A stretch of DNA of 62,962 bases, the filler included, from Rhabdomonas costata (Eukaryota): assembly GCA_019059605.1 (NCBI GenBank). It is 52 parts of 52 records of this genome, joined end to end, with 100 filler letters (N's around TTAATTAATTAA, not from the genome) between each part and the next. Parts side by side here need not be neighbours in the genome. Positions count along the whole stretch, not along the records: positions 23,048 to 24,159 come from JAHMHO010027973.1; positions 24,260 to 25,372 come from JAHMHO010027974.1; positions 25,473 to 26,585 come from JAHMHO010027975.1; positions 26,686 to 27,798 come from JAHMHO010027976.1; positions 27,899 to 29,011 come from JAHMHO010027977.1; positions 29,112 to 30,224 come from JAHMHO010027978.1; positions 30,325 to 31,437 come from JAHMHO010027979.1; positions 31,538 to 32,650 come from JAHMHO010027980.1; 44 more parts are not named here. The stretch is one strand, 5' to 3'. Shown here piece by piece: positions 23,176 to 35,368 of the stretch. Position 1 is the stretch's first letter. Every line of letters starts with the position of its first letter. A program made the translations under genes and the position numbers. Below the pieces are notes generated by a model, which saw nothing but the letters and a program-made list of their open reading frames with translations, was not told the origin of the DNA and made no database searches.

Positions 23176-23346
23176 GCAGAAGGGATCAAGGGAGGGGATG
23201 GACGTAGGCAGCCAACCGCCACCGGACGAGGGGGTGGCCAGCACTGAGCTGCTCAACGAAAACTTTGCTGAGCAGCCCTCCACCGCTGTGGGGAAGATCT
23301 CGCTCAGCTGCAGCACGGCCTCCGGTCGTGGGGCCGCCGCCGCAAG
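23176..23346 (+). CDS. Probable exon of unknown low-complexity protein
   Basis: GC-rich open block bounded by TAG| and AAG|GT. Confidence 0.4.
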
Positions 23347-24701
23347 GTCCTTGCCTGTTCTCTGAATAGGAACATGGGGCATTCCTTTCCTTGTCAAACA
23401 GTCTTTACCATGAAGTCGACTGCAGACTGCTCCCACGGAACGGCCATCACGTTGAAAGCCGGACAGCGGGAGCATCTGTAGCTCACGGCACAGAGGAAGG
23501 TGGAGTGGTGGGTGGGTGGATGTGCGCGCGCGTGTATGCCTCTCTCAACAGTGGTGTTCCCGCCAGCTGCCTTCCAATGCAACCCCCTTGTACATTCAAT
23601 GTACGCGAGCCTGAAGCCCCAGTGATTAGTTTAATGTCCAAGGACTGAGTTCCCCATTATTTTTTACCATACCATCGTACTTTGACATAAGAGTGGTTCA
23701 CACGTAAGGAAAAGAAAGCCACGGTGGAACGAAACCTGTACTTTTGGGGAAGCCATCAGTTAAGCTCAAAGAGAACAGCGTTGCACACGCGGCAGGATTT
23801 GCAAAGCGAACCCCCAAATAATACTCTGAAATGCAGGCAAACAGCACAATGAAGTGATTTAAGGTGCATTGTCAACCTCTTGTCATGACACAAGCAAATA
23901 TTTATATCCTAGGAATCAAGGATTCTTGTTGTGCGCTGCGCCTCCGAGCCGCAGGCGAACCATGGGGAACCAGTGAACCACGCTTACGACTGCGCAAGGA
24001 CTTTGGTCGCCCCAGTGCAGAAGCTCGCTTGCTTGCATGGTGTTATGACAACTAATGTGCCTGGAGGCCTCGCGAAGGAGACTTTCCAATTAACAGGTAG
24101 AGGTGCGTTGACTGGGAAAGCCCCATCTCGCTTGGAACTAACTTGGGACGAAAATCGAANNNNNNNNNNNNNNNNNNNNNNNNNNNNNNNNNNNNNNNNN
24201 NNNTTAATTAATTAANNNNNNNNNNNNNNNNNNNNNNNNNNNNNNNNNNNNNNNNNNNNTTGTTTGGGGTACTAGCTTTCTAGCTTTCGCTGCACGATGG
24301 GATTCGATTTCGGTGTGTTTGCTCCCTGCGTCTTTAGTGGTGTCCACTAAAGTGCTTTCTCTGTGCTTCCGTCTGGCACCATTCCCCATTCCCGAAGGAT
24401 CATCAGCATTTTCCCCATTGGTGCAGCTTCTGCTTAATACAATGGAGACCGTTGCGGCACGTTCTTCTCCATTCGCAGCGGGAGGTTTGCTTACATATGC
24501 TTTGCATGGGCAAGCATCTTCAAACATTCAAACAGGTCATGCATACTCTGCGCCGCCATTGTAATGTGAGTGTAATGTATCAAGCGATGCTCTCTCTCTC
24601 TCTGTTTTTCTTGAAGAGGCGCTGGGCAATGGTTGCCCTCCAATCTTCAATTTCGCCCGCCTTTCCTGCAGTATCTAAGCGTATACGCTCGCACTCCGCA
24701 G

Positions 24702-25300
24702 GACACCCGTTGACGATGGCCGCGTTGCCCTTCAACCGCTGTATGGCCCGCATCCCACCTCACTGCGTCTGTGTCCATTACCCCATCCCCCGAATCGCAT
24801 GGAACCGGATTCGCCACGACTGAATATTGTCCCTGCATCATAACTCTTTTCATCGATTGTGAGCTGAGACGAAGGCTGAAGCAAAGCTGCGTTTTTTTCG
24901 ATGATATGATATGCCCCCATGTCAGTTCAAAAGGGAGAACTCAATCAAGCCCCAAAACATGCATCGAAGAAGGCCCTTTTGAGCTGTGAGCCAGCGAAAG
25001 AGAAAGAGAAAGCGGGTTCCACTTTTCCACTCTTGAAGTCCGAAAACGTAAATATTCAGCGATCGAAATTCTCACTTTTGTGGGCAGTATCTTCCCACCC
25101 GCTCAACCAAACCTGCCAGTCTATATCTTTTTAGCATTCTGGCTGAAGGATGGATCGTGCACGATTTTGTTCCCTCTGTTCTGTTCTCTTCCCAGGCGAC
25201 ATCTGTGGGCAGACGGGCACGGCCTACCGCTGTACAATGGGCTGTGACTTTGACGTGTGCGCGCGGTGCTACAACATGGGCCACACCGTGCATCGCGCTG
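24702..25300 (+). CDS. ZZ/DC1-like zinc-finger protein, two exons (24702-24740, 25196-25300)
   Basis: The phase-1 join T|GC restores the first Cys: GHPLTMAALPFNRCDICGQTGTAYRCTMGCDFDVCARCY (CDxC...YRC..CDFDxCxxCY). Confidence 0.85.
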
Positions 25301-26436
25301 GTGTGTTACTCAATTCTCTGCCGCAGGGGACCCTGGGGTCACCCTGCGGCAGAGAATTGAGTAACACAACACNNNNNNNNNNNNNNNNNNNNNNNNNNNN
25401 NNNNNNNNNNNNNNNNTTAATTAATTAANNNNNNNNNNNNNNNNNNNNNNNNNNNNNNNNNNNNNNNNNNNNGTGGGGTCTCGCCCCCTTCTCCCAAGGC
25501 CCCGCGCACGCCATCGATCGTAGTTCTCGAGGGGGACATCAACCCTGTGAGGTGAGGGAGAGTAACGTGAGGCAGCGGAGCGCAGAGGAGAAGGGGGCGA
25601 GACCCCATGGGCCCATACCCCATCGAGGGTGGGTAGCCCACTCGGGGGAAGGGAAACACGTGTCTTTCTCAGAAAAAAGTCGCCTTGGCGAAAAACACAC
25701 AGTGTGTGCAGATGAAGCCAGCATCAAGGAGCGGCTCCAGCCCGAGAAACAGGGAAGCCTCACGACATTACATTCTTTGAAGACCATAGAGAGCTGCAGG
25801 TAAGGATATGTGGTAGTGTGAAGTCCTAGAATTACGCTCGTTCCGCACCGCAAAAATTATGAAAGGTTTCCCGTGCCCTGGCGAACAGCGCCAGGGAAGA
25901 TTGAAATGTAGCGGGCACAAAGCTTCGGGGCTATTCTCATTGGAGGTGGGGAGGAATGGAGACCACAAACGTTGGTTGAAGAAGGTCCTAAAACCAAGAA
26001 ACGAGTAGCGTTCAACCAGTCGTCGTGTAACCCGACCACTGGGCGAGAGAGAGATCTGCTCAGCCATCCTGTACATCAACTTCCACCGGTTGCCCAGCCG
26101 CGGGCATAGCCGCCCCCAGAATCACGCCCCTCCCCCTCCCCAAGAGAAAACCGGCGTCGGACGGTGTCTCGGAGCGCAGCTCAAGACTGACACTGCGGGG
26201 AGGGGAGGGGGGATTGCGCCCTGGGTGCTTCTCATTACATAAAAGCAGAGCAAAACGTACCTCTGACCTCTGACACCTTTGTTGAAAAAAGCGGGGGGGG
26301 GGCCTTAGATTGCCTCCCCTCAGGCTGAGCGAATGTGGAAAAGAGTAGGGCAGCATTAAGATATAGATTGTTAGGTTGCCACTTCCCTTCTCTACCCGAA
26401 GCTTCCTATTCCACCTTACGCCAGGGTTTGCGCAGA

Positions 26437-26575
26437 TCGACCTCCTCTCTGGGGAGGCCTCAGCGGAGGCCGAGGGGGAATCCGAGGGGTGGATGCACTG
26501 CGTGTGCCTCGCCGTAACGGCGGGGGTGCTGCTGGGGCTGGCCGCCGCGGTGTGGGCGGCGCGGCAGCCAGCCCC
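26437..26575 (+). CDS. Exon encoding a transmembrane helix, unknown protein
   Basis: After CAG|: IDLLSGEASAEAEGESEGWMHCVCLAVTAGVLLGLAAAVWAAR. A further candidate exon at 25712-25799 ends CAG|GTAAG. Confidence 0.5.
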
Positions 26576-26724
26576 AACAACACCCNNNNNNNNNNNNNNN
26601 NNNNNNNNNNNNNNNNNNNNNNNNNNNNNTTAATTAATTAANNNNNNNNNNNNNNNNNNNNNNNNNNNNNNNNNNNNNNNNNNNNTTTTGTGGTGGTGGT
26701 GGTGGTGGTGGTGATGGTGCGGAC

Positions 26725-26959
26725 CTCAAAGGTGTCCCTGTGGGCCCGCGAGAAGGTCGGCGAGGCGGGCTTGGAGTACTTTGGGTCAAAGGACTCTGGG
26801 CGATAGCTCTGGGGCCCGGGGCCCTGCGGAGGCGGTAGGCGGCGGGCCAACCCAAAGCTGAACGCCTTCGCCGCTGGGCGGGAGTCGAACAGCTTGTAGA
26901 TGTTCAGGTAGTGCGCCGGACCAGGCGACTCCAGCCCCACCAGAGCCGTGCGGGTGCTT
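26725..26959 (-). CDS. SHIPPO/PGP-repeat (ODF3/STPG-like) flagellar protein exon
   Basis: ESPGPAHY...AFSFG...QGPGPQSY...PTFS: two PGPxxY repeats with FSFG spacers. Confidence 0.75.
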
Positions 26960-27642
26960 CTGCGTTTCATCGCGACAGGAGAAAGTCGGTTTGAAATGTT
27001 TTGAGCAGTTTTCTATTGCCGTGGACACTGAGATTTGGTGACCCCCAGAACTTCTGAGTCGGGCTCCCCAAAAGTCGTTTCGAAGTACTTCTTCAAGGGG
27101 CAGGAGTTTCAAGCGCAGACATTGTATGGGCACTGCTTGGTAATGGAATACGCTCATTCAAAATATTAGGACAGGCTGAAGATGATGCTGAAATAAGGTG
27201 GTTTCGGAGGATCTATGATCCGATGTAGTTGGGGAAACATAACCATTTTCCAGGAAAAGCAAGCAGCCTTGTGGTGGTTGAGCTCACTGGCCAAAAAACC
27301 TCCAACTAGAGCAGTTGGGCAAGAAGGGGTCGAAGAAGCAGGTCGGGCTAAAAAATGGTTGCCCTGCTGGTCGAAGAGGTCTCACTGTTACTGTGCGTGG
27401 TCTGTCGTAAAGGAACCTTATGTCCTTCTACATTCCAGGGTTCCGGTTCTGAAGACGTTCCTTCTGTTTCGCTGCTGCGAGGAGAGGACAGAGACACACG
27501 CCAAACACTCGCTGCAAAAACCAGAGCCCATGAATTACAAAAGGTGGAACCGAGCAAGGGCGGAAGAAAAAGGAGAACACGGTGGCACCGTTTGGTGCGG
27601 CGTGCGGAGGCCACATGTGCGGAGATCTTCGCGATCTCCTTT

Positions 27643-27674
<32 letters not shown>

Positions 27675-27675
27675 C
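27643..27675 (+). repeat. (CTG)n trinucleotide repeat
   Basis: About 11 near-perfect TGC units. Confidence 0.9.
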
Positions 27676-27898
27676 GCTGGTGCCGAGCCAGGCTTGGTGC
27701 TTCCCGATGGAGGGGTCTTGGCATCCCCTGGAGCCACCACCCACCATCCATACAGAAGGGCACCACTTACACGCCCACACACAACTCGCAACAACAACNN
27801 NNNNNNNNNNNNNNNNNNNNNNNNNNNNNNNNNNNNNNNNNNTTAATTAATTAANNNNNNNNNNNNNNNNNNNNNNNNNNNNNNNNNNNNNNNNNNNN

Positions 27899-28743
27899 TG
27901 TTGTTTGTGACCAACCGGTGGTTGTGTGTAGGGGCCAGTTAACACGAATCCTTGCTGGTTTTGGGCTGCCCGATGCCAAGGCTGCGCGCTAACATTGTAG
28001 GGAACTGTTGCAACGAGGGGCGCCAGAAAGGAGTCGTTGCGGCCGAGGTGCTGCACTGAAAGGTTTGTGCTCCCTGGGGGAATGATGCCCAGCAGGAGGG
28101 AGTCGTTGCTGTGGCTAGAGCTTTGGGTGGCCCTGATCACTACAATCGTTGCTCCACCATGAAAGCTCGCGCCAATGCTAGTCAGGGTATCATCACCCCG
28201 CAGAGTACCAGCGAGCACATCTATGAGGGTGGGCTGATCCAAGTCGTTGATAATCGGCTGAAGATAACCCATCATGACCATCTTGCCAAGCAGATGACTG
28301 TCCGCCGCTCGCTTGATGCCGAGAGCCGAAGCCTGATTCAGGAGGGTAACCGTCTCACCGATGGAGGTGTTGGCGGTGCCCGCAATATATGCCCACGTGA
28401 AGGCGAACACTACACTCCACGCAATCACCGCGGGAAGGGTAAAAACCAAGAACATCGGGAGCCGACAGTGGCAGGAGGGTGAACGCCAAAACGATGGGGC
28501 TGGTGCCGGGGGCCACACTGCTCTTGGTGCGGCAAGCTGAAGCGTTGCGGCAGAACCAAGATGGTCCGGTGCCACCATTTCCAGGCAGCTGCCACGCTGA
28601 GAGAATTCTGATGTGTCACGGATTAGCGGGGTGAGTCCTCCAGCGGAAGGAACACGATTTGTGGAGTTTATGTTCCCCGAGCTGGAAGGGCCGATCCCGA
28701 GCAGATGCCCCCTGGGCATGGGAAGTCGTTGGCTTGCTGACAT
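27899..28743 (-). CDS. Membrane receptor N-terminus: transmembrane helix plus Cache-like extracellular sensor
   Basis: About 280-codon open frame with TM segment MFLVFTLPAVIAWSVVFAFTWAYI, then YNVSAQPWHRAA...LTGPY resembling the dCache YDPxxRPWY...WTxPY motif. The ATG is preceded by CTGATCAG|CA, a possible trans-splice acceptor. Confidence 0.75.
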
Positions 28744-30330
28744 TGCTGATCAGAAACAAAGCATTCCGTGATGCGGTATTCTACAAATAAGTGGCGAGAC
28801 CCAAAAAACTGGGCAAATGGTAAGTACATTTCTTCTCACGCATTTTGTCGCAAATAAAGTCACAGAGGGCAATCAGCGAATCACTACATCAATCTTGCGC
28901 GAGTCTAAGAAGGTTGTGTGTGCGGATCTCACCCTCAACAAATTCGCTTACTACCCGCCAATTGTCCATGCATCGCCCAGAGACAAAACCAACCCAAACA
29001 CTCCCAATACANNNNNNNNNNNNNNNNNNNNNNNNNNNNNNNNNNNNNNNNNNNNTTAATTAATTAANNNNNNNNNNNNNNNNNNNNNNNNNNNNNNNNN
29101 NNNNNNNNNNNCCGGTTTTCGTTTTTTTTTTTTTTGCGATTATATCTTCCTTTTTATTTTTTGAAGTGGTTAATTCTGGATCCCAGTAAGACAGGTTGAA
29201 AATGACGAAAAGTACTATTCCAGAGTGCGAAGACCGAGCAGCCTGTGGTCCTTCGGTTCAGGGTTTCCTGACCTTCATCCCTCGCCGGTTGTGTTGCCCC
29301 CTTGGCGGTTCCTTCGCATCCCCTTGTGTGAAAAAAGGGCATGCACCAGTGTGAAAAACATGTTTACAAGGTGAAATCGCTCAACTGGTGCTGGTGGTGT
29401 TGGGTATATTATCGTGTTGATTACGCATCTGCACCGTGTGGCTTTCAGGCAACATTGTTTTTTAAAGGCTTTTTATAAAGCACACATGTAAATTTATTGT
29501 TGACCGTTGAACTTGAGAGGGAAAACAGTTCACAAATGTCGGTGCGCGCCAAGTGGGACTGTTGGACAGGGTCTGCCTGGGTTGTTTTTTAGTGGGGTGA
29601 CGGTTCCTGCCTCCTGCCTCTCGCCAGTGTGTGTGCGCGCTCGCCAGTGTGATGAGGGTTGCTGCCTCCCGCTTCTCACCGTTTTTTTTGTTTTATGAGT
29701 GCATAAGTGCATAAGTGAGAGAGAGAAAGGGGTAAAGGGGGTAAAAGGAAGTATATATGATGCACCATCCCGCATGGTGCGTGGTGAAGGGCAAGTGAAA
29801 GTGCGCGGGAAGCACTTCATCTATCCGCCGAAGATGACCAGGCATGGTGCGCTGCAATCGGGGGGAGCAGGGCGGGATGCTGATAGCTGTGGTTGTGGGA
29901 TCAGTGGAGGGATGGGCAGAACGAACAGAAGGTCAAGGGGAAGGGGATCCTGTCCGCGCAGCCTGGCATGGGACACATGCGTCTAACATGGCAGATGTGG
30001 GTTCAAACAGCGTTCCAGAGTGCCGCCCGGACCACGCGAAGACTCGTCGGGGAGAAAACAACTAAAAAAAACAGATTACTTTCGTCTTCAACCCTCACCA
30101 GTTGTTCTCCCACACATCGCGTGTAACAAACGCTCACACTGCAGTAAGACAGCACTGGGAATACAAGCATCGAGCAAGCTTTTTTTTTGGTCCCTCAAAC
30201 CCAACACACACCACACAACAAACANNNNNNNNNNNNNNNNNNNNNNNNNNNNNNNNNNNNNNNNNNNNTTAATTAATTAANNNNNNNNNNNNNNNNNNNN
30301 NNNNNNNNNNNNNNNNNNNNNNNNGTGGGT

Positions 30331-30626
30331 GAACGGGCAGCACCGGTATCTACAGGCGTTGCCGTGCCAGCATATCACCGCCGAACGTTTCACATATGGT
30401 AACCTGCCTTCTGCCCCACGGGTCCCGGGCCATTGTCGCGCAGCTGCTCTTTTCCGGCGGCTACTTGGCTACTTGCATTGCTCCACTGCTCAGGTCTCTG
30501 CGACTTCACACTCCTTCCTTGGGGAGCTGGGGCCTTTTCTCGTCGGAACGACCCTTTGAGCTTTTCCTTCAGAATGATGAACGGGCAGCACCGGTATCTG
30601 CAAGCGTTGCCGTGCCAGCACATCAC
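30331..30626 (-). repeat. Dispersed repeat family A, copy 2 (internal segment, head-to-tail, period 248 nt)
   Basis: Reverse complement of the core of copies 1 and 3. GAACGGGCAGCACCGGTATCT recurs at 30331 and 30579. Confidence 0.9.
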
Positions 30627-30857
30627 TCCGTGGTTGAGAGAGATTGTGCGTGGGTACGTATATGTGTTCCGAACTTAGCAACCTTCCTTTTGCAGAGGAA
30701 AAGATCCTTTGTCCATTGAAAACCATGCTTTTTCTTTGTGAGAACAGAAAGGTCGACTTTACCGGAGTCGGGGGTGCCCAGACTCTGCGCGCGGGTCAAA
30801 GACAACCTGGTAGTTGGGCAAATTGGCGGCGATCAGCCCCTCCCACGTTGGGCCCAC

Positions 30858-31015
30858 CTCCAGCCGCTCCATTGCCGGGGACGCGGTGGCCGGCGCCTCG
30901 TCCGTCTCTGAGGTGCTCTGCGCGACCCCCGCGAAGGCCTGCACCCGGTCCCGAAGCTCGTGCACTCCTGTCAGGAACTTCTCCGCGCCCAGCATCGTGT
31001 AGATCAGCTTGTTGC
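30858..31015 (-). CDS. Exon, possibly diacylglycerol kinase accessory domain
   Basis: GC3-rich exon with AAG| and GAG|GT ends. NKLIYTMLGAEK resembles the DGK NKxxYxxxG motif, but the family call is weak. Confidence 0.45.
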
Positions 31016-31543
31016 CTTGAGAAAGGAAAAGGGGAACCAGGGAAAACATGGTGCCGGCAGGATAAGGCACCAGCTTACAAAACCAGCCGGAGAAAACAGC
31101 GACCTCAAACCTCACCACAATCTCCTTTTCCATTCGGACCAACGAAGGGATGAGCCGTTCAAGGGCATTCTCAACATCCCCAAGAGATGAGAGATGGAAT
31201 CTCACACACGGTAGCTTGGTTTTCTTAAGCGGTGGGCAGCACCCCGATTCAGTTCCCCGATGCTTTTCACCTCATTCACATTCACCCACGCATTTTCCTG
31301 AAGGTATTCTTCAGGACAAAGAGGCCAACAGCATTTTTGGCAGCAGGCTGATTGAGGCTGATTGGCGCGTCCTGTTTGCCCGTGCCTTGCTTGGCCCCCG
31401 TTTCCCCAGTGCGCGCAGATTCAGGGCAAACCAAACCNNNNNNNNNNNNNNNNNNNNNNNNNNNNNNNNNNNNNNNNNNNNTTAATTAATTAANNNNNNN
31501 NNNNNNNNNNNNNNNNNNNNNNNNNNNNNNNNNNNNNGGAAAC

Positions 31544-32640
31544 CCGAGCGGTGGCGTTGTACGTCTCCGCTGACAACGAGCGTTCCTCGAAGCGGTCCAT
31601 CCATTCTGAGCTCCACAGTGCAACCTCACGACACGCAGGGCTGCTGCCCGTGAAATTGCTGCAGTTCGCCGGTGGCACTGCGGTAGCGGGGAAGCTGGCA
31701 TAGTGGGACCCCGTCGCCGCGCTGCACAGGCCCCACTTCAGGGCGCCAGTGGTGACGTCCGTGTCGATCCCCAGCAGCTGCCCGTGGGGGGTGCCGTAGT
31801 ACAGGCTGGTGGGCCAGTGGCCCGCCAGCGCTATCATCGTGAAACTCAGCTCCTGACGCAGCTCAACAGGCGTGAGGTTGTCTACCCCCCCCCCAAAAAA
31901 AAAGGCAGTGCACATGCAAATGCAGTGCAAATGCAGTGCACCCCGTGGTCAGAGGCAGTGGGAAGCCAATGGGGGAGCACCACTCGCATTGCGCGTGCGC
32001 AGTTCCGGGAGTGAGGGTATCGTTTTTTCCTGGGAGTGCATTTTATTCAATAATTTACAATCACCTCGGGTTAAACAATCATGTGCGAATTACGGTCGTT
32101 ATTAATAACACTGGAAAATCAATCAAAAAAAGAACTGTCCACCGACTGCTGGCCTAGCACAGGCGTCAACAAGATTCACGGCACCAGTGAAGCTCCGTCC
32201 TATAAAGAGGCCCGGTGTCGGCTGATGTTAATGCTCCAGAGTTGAGGCAGCCGCTTCCTTCGGTTGTCTGAACAGGCAGCGAACGGCAGCTCCCGGGCAC
32301 TGCCATGGTAAGACATCGCTCCGCCGTGTGTCAGTGTCAGTGACTGTGTCGGTGGGTATCACAGTAAAGCGGATCATAAAAAAGACGAAGACGACTTTAG
32401 GCATGCCTGGGCTGAGACTCGACTCCGCGATGTACTCTGCCAGCATCCTGGAAACCGCGGTCATGGTGTTCAGGAAGTCTATCACCTCATGCTCCACCAC
32501 CGTGCAGGCCAGGCCGCGATAGCTGTGGCCCACGCGCAGCATCACCGTCTCGGCATTGGACCGTGTCAGCACAAACACCACCACCCCGACCGTGACCAGA
32601 GATACCACGGTGAGCAGTACAGGAAACACACAACCAACCA
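31544..32640 (-). CDS. Membrane receptor with TM and Cache-like domain, two exons (~32640-32407, 31881-31544)
   Basis: TM segment VLLTVVSLVTVGVVVFVLT and an amphipathic helix, then SLYYGTPHGQLLG...YNATAR (cf. YYG...G.F and YDPxxRPWY). The exons join in phase only through a GC donor. Confidence 0.75.
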
Positions 32641-32889
32641 CACCCAACACNNNNNNNNNNNNNNNNNNNNNNNNNNNNNNNNNNNNNNNNNNNNTTAATT
32701 AATTAANNNNNNNNNNNNNNNNNNNNNNNNNNNNNNNNNNNNNNNNNNNNAGTGTAACGATCCAGATCACCCAGGTGTTCCACATCCAGAGACGGAGGAG
32801 AAAAATCATGTGCGTAGGACACACACATTTTCCATATGTTTCCAGAGTGCCATTTTGTCAAGGGTCAGCTGGGGCAGAAGTTGAAGCTC

Positions 32890-33300
32890 AGCCCCTCGTG
32901 AGCCAGCTCCTGGCCAGGAAATGTGTCAGGCTATATATCAACCAGATGTGCGAGAAGGCTAGCAGAGCAGGGCCAGGCTGGAGATGGAATGACAGCATAG
33001 AGACAGTGGGGAAGACCCCGTGCGAGGCAGAGAGCCAGGCCAATGGATGGAAGTCATGTGGAAGGAGGTAGCAAGCACACGACCCGACCGCACTAGAAAT
33101 CCACAGGGTGTGTTCCAGAGTTCCGGAGGAAGAAAGTTGCATTTTCACCTTTCTCCCGAGTTTTCACAGGTCAGGCAGATTTTGGAATTTGTTCTGACTA
33201 CCCTGGTGCCACTGAACGCCAAGAACTACGAGAATTACAGAGAGAGGTCCTTGATTAGGTTCTTAAAAATTAGGTGAGTCCGTAATGCGGAATTAAACCT
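32890..33300 (+). mobile_element. Possible GIY-YIG endonuclease remnant (Penelope-like element)
   Basis: LVSQLLARKCVRLYINQM (cf. VY.L.C..C...YIGQT) followed in another frame by YRERSLIRFLK...ELN (cf. RE..WI..L...LN). The frames are disrupted. Confidence 0.35.
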
Positions 33301-35368
33301 AAAAGGTCGCTTTTTGTTTAAATTTGTGTTGCGTTTTGCCTTTAATTGTGTTTTGGCAGAGGAGGTGAAGCAGAACCACATTGAAACAGCAGGCGAGAGC
33401 AGCGGTGACCCAAGGCACCAGAACATGGAGAGGAGTGGAAAATGGTGTGGCGTTATGGCGGTGAACACAGGACAGGGTGTGTATTTGTGTTTGTGTGTGG
33501 TCGCGTGCCAATTCCACAGCCTTTTTTGGGTGGGAGATTGGGTAAAGGCATAAGCGGCGAGACCCGCCCAGATCCATCCACAGCCCGGAAGTTGTGGGCA
33601 CCAAGGCTCTACCGCAAGACAACCCGTGTGCCTAAAGCAGCCTTCACTAGACTGTAACGGCTCAGGACAGTTAGGTATCACGTTTGCAAGAGAAGTTGTT
33701 TCGTGACATCTAAGTGGTTTTGAAAGGGAAGGTTGAGCTCAGAGCGGGCTTTACCGGCTCTGTGTCTTTGTACAGAACAGCAGTTGCATTGACTGAAAGA
33801 CAGCTTAGAGCTGAACTGTTGCAGATGTTGTGAGAGAGAAGAGAGAATCAGTGAAATCTCAGGNNNNNNNNNNNNNNNNNNNNNNNNNNNNNNNNNNNNN
33901 NNNNNNNTTAATTAATTAANNNNNNNNNNNNNNNNNNNNNNNNNNNNNNNNNNNNNNNNNNNNCGCCATGGTGCAGACGATCATAATATATGGGGTCTAC
34001 TAGCTTGAAATGCATGACATACGTTCCTCTGGGTTTCGGGGTGCAACCATCCTCAGCGCCAATGCGCACATCTGGGAAGATTACAAGTTCCCTGGGAAAA
34101 CAACCCAAGATGTTTTCGGAGAGAACTGTTGAGCAGATCCTTTCAAAAGAAAAAGACACGAACCACATGAACCAGTTTTCGCCCACATTCTTGTCGCCTT
34201 AATTGAAATGAAATGAGTGAGGGGGTGGGCTTGGAGGTGAAGCGGATCCTGCAAACAGAAGAGCACGCACCAGAAGGCGTGGTTTGGCAGCTGTTGACGG
34301 CGGAGGTGTTTCTCGGGCTCGGGCAAACATACCGCAGTGCGGGGGTTCCGGTGTACAGGAGTCCTGAGGACGCCCGACGCACCAAGCTGGCCGCTCGCAC
34401 GGCGGGCAGCAGCCCCCGCTTGACAGGGCGGGAAGGGCGGGTGCAAGGCGACCACTCCAGCTGGGGAGGAGCGCACTCGACTGGAGCCGGAAGCGGAGCT
34501 TGAGGCTTACATACGTTTGCTGAAACAATCACGGATGCAAATGGCTCTCTTTCAAGCAAACTACCCACTGATAGGCACAAGGGACAATTTTACAGCTCGT
34601 TCGCATCCTAAGGGGCTAGATCTCTATTCAGCTTTTTGGATCGGGTCACTATTCACTTGACAGAGTGCCAAAAATCTTCTGAGTTCTTGGTAGTGAATTA
34701 GCCCGAGAAAAACTGATCGATAATTCATCCCATTTCACCCCTCTGGAAGCTGAAAAGTTTCCTAAGTTGTGCGAGGTGTGTGTGAATGTAAACGGAGGGC
34801 GTGTGTGTCTGTGTGATGGGAAGCTGTGCTCTAACGACCGACCGCACGTAAATACTCTGAACCTGCTCTTTTGGGGAACTGTGTGCACGGCGGGGGACAA
34901 AACAACAACAATCGTGCCTTAGAACAGGGCACCCATCATTTCGCTGCACCCAGCACCAGACTACTTTTCACAATCACGGTGAGGAGCATAACATGAGAAT
35001 AAGCGCAGAAAGTAACGCCTAATTCCTGATGGCGGTGACGGAGGACACACGAGCGCAAATGAAGGTACACAAACACNNNNNNNNNNNNNNNNNNNNNNNN
35101 NNNNNNNNNNNNNNNNNNNNTTAATTAATTAANNNNNNNNNNNNNNNNNNNNNNNNNNNNNNNNNNNNNNNNNNNNTTTTTTTCTTCTCCTACACCTCTC
35201 ACCCGCCTTGTTCCTACTTCAGGTGTTGTGTTTGTGTTTCTTTACTTGTTCATCATTGCTTATCGCTAACGGTTTTGCAACGTCCACTCCAACTACCGAC
35301 CACCGACTTGTCTTCCTTTTCCAACTCCCTTCCACTCTACGCTTTCGGTTTACCACCAACTCCTACTC

